Source: Geosiphon pyriformis uo1 (lineage: Eukaryota; Fungi; Glomeromycota). From it: a DNA stretch of 64,000 nucleotides. Of the stretch, positions 63,901 to 64,000 are shown piece by piece. A program made the translations under genes and the position numbers. The notes beneath the pieces are model-generated. The model made no database searches and had not been told where the DNA came from. It saw only the letters and a program-made list of their open reading frames with translations. Positions within the stretch are counted from its first letter, which is position 1; each line of letters opens with the position of its first letter. The DNA lies in the NCBI GenBank assembly GCA_016748015.1, contig JAAOMT010000503.1, positions 645,669-709,668 of the forward strand. The letters are read 5' to 3'.

Positions 63901-64000
63901 GTTTCTTGTGGCAGTCCTTACATTTAAGAGGAATGTAGGTGCATTGTTTCCTTAGTTCAGGCTTTGAGTAAAGGATATTCTATCCAGGGGTTTCGGGATT
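60948..64000 (-). pseudogene. Degenerate Cys-rich-dUTPase-RT-RNaseH region of D
   Basis: CYYCKACH..CLTCG..CDQTC, CEECIMPCDEQWC, dUTPase (DAGYDL, GGIIDAGYTGD, FGSTG), RT YLD(N), RH; ends NVDCLSRIRQD* (TAG 60950-60948). Confidence 0.9.

Larger units (their letters stand above)
57722..64000 (-). mobile_element. Gypsy element D (family 1), 3' part; continues beyond window end
   Basis: 3' LTR, PPT, ORF3, IN, RH, RT, dUTPase and Cys-rich domain, collinear with B. Confidence 0.94.

Overview
Eukaryotic fungal genomic DNA, very AT-rich, with short introns. The repeat families and gene style suggest a Glomeromycotina genome, possibly Geosiphon-like; this is inference, not a database result. The window has three zones. 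(1) 1-17.2 kb: a decayed APE-RT-RNaseH LINE hit by two related Ty3/Gypsy LTR retrotransposons in opposite orientations. Element B (4382-12848) has both LTR ends and a CTGT target-site duplication. (2) About 18.8-42.7 kb: an intact gene island. It holds an unannotated 5-exon AT-hook gene, a PHD-JmjC demethylase, a large LRR protein, NAA50, mitochondrial uL30m, succinyl-CoA ligase beta, a sterol O-acyltransferase and tuberin/TSC2, and is flanked by extremely AT-rich relic DNA. (3) 47-64 kb: a four-deep nest, LINE <- Gypsy C1 <- Gypsy C2 <- Gypsy D. The most notable signal is the shared, unusual architecture of the Gypsy elements. One fused gag-PR-[Cys-rich domain]-dUTPase-[dUTPase-like domain]-RT-RNaseH ORF stops at the same position in three copies from two LTR families. 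It is followed by integrase as a separate ORF with its own start codon. Elements B and D then carry a conserved ORF3 (~239 codons in D) that reads through the PPT into the 3' LTR. All repeats show strong C->T/G->A (RIP-like) hypermutation that spares the gene island.
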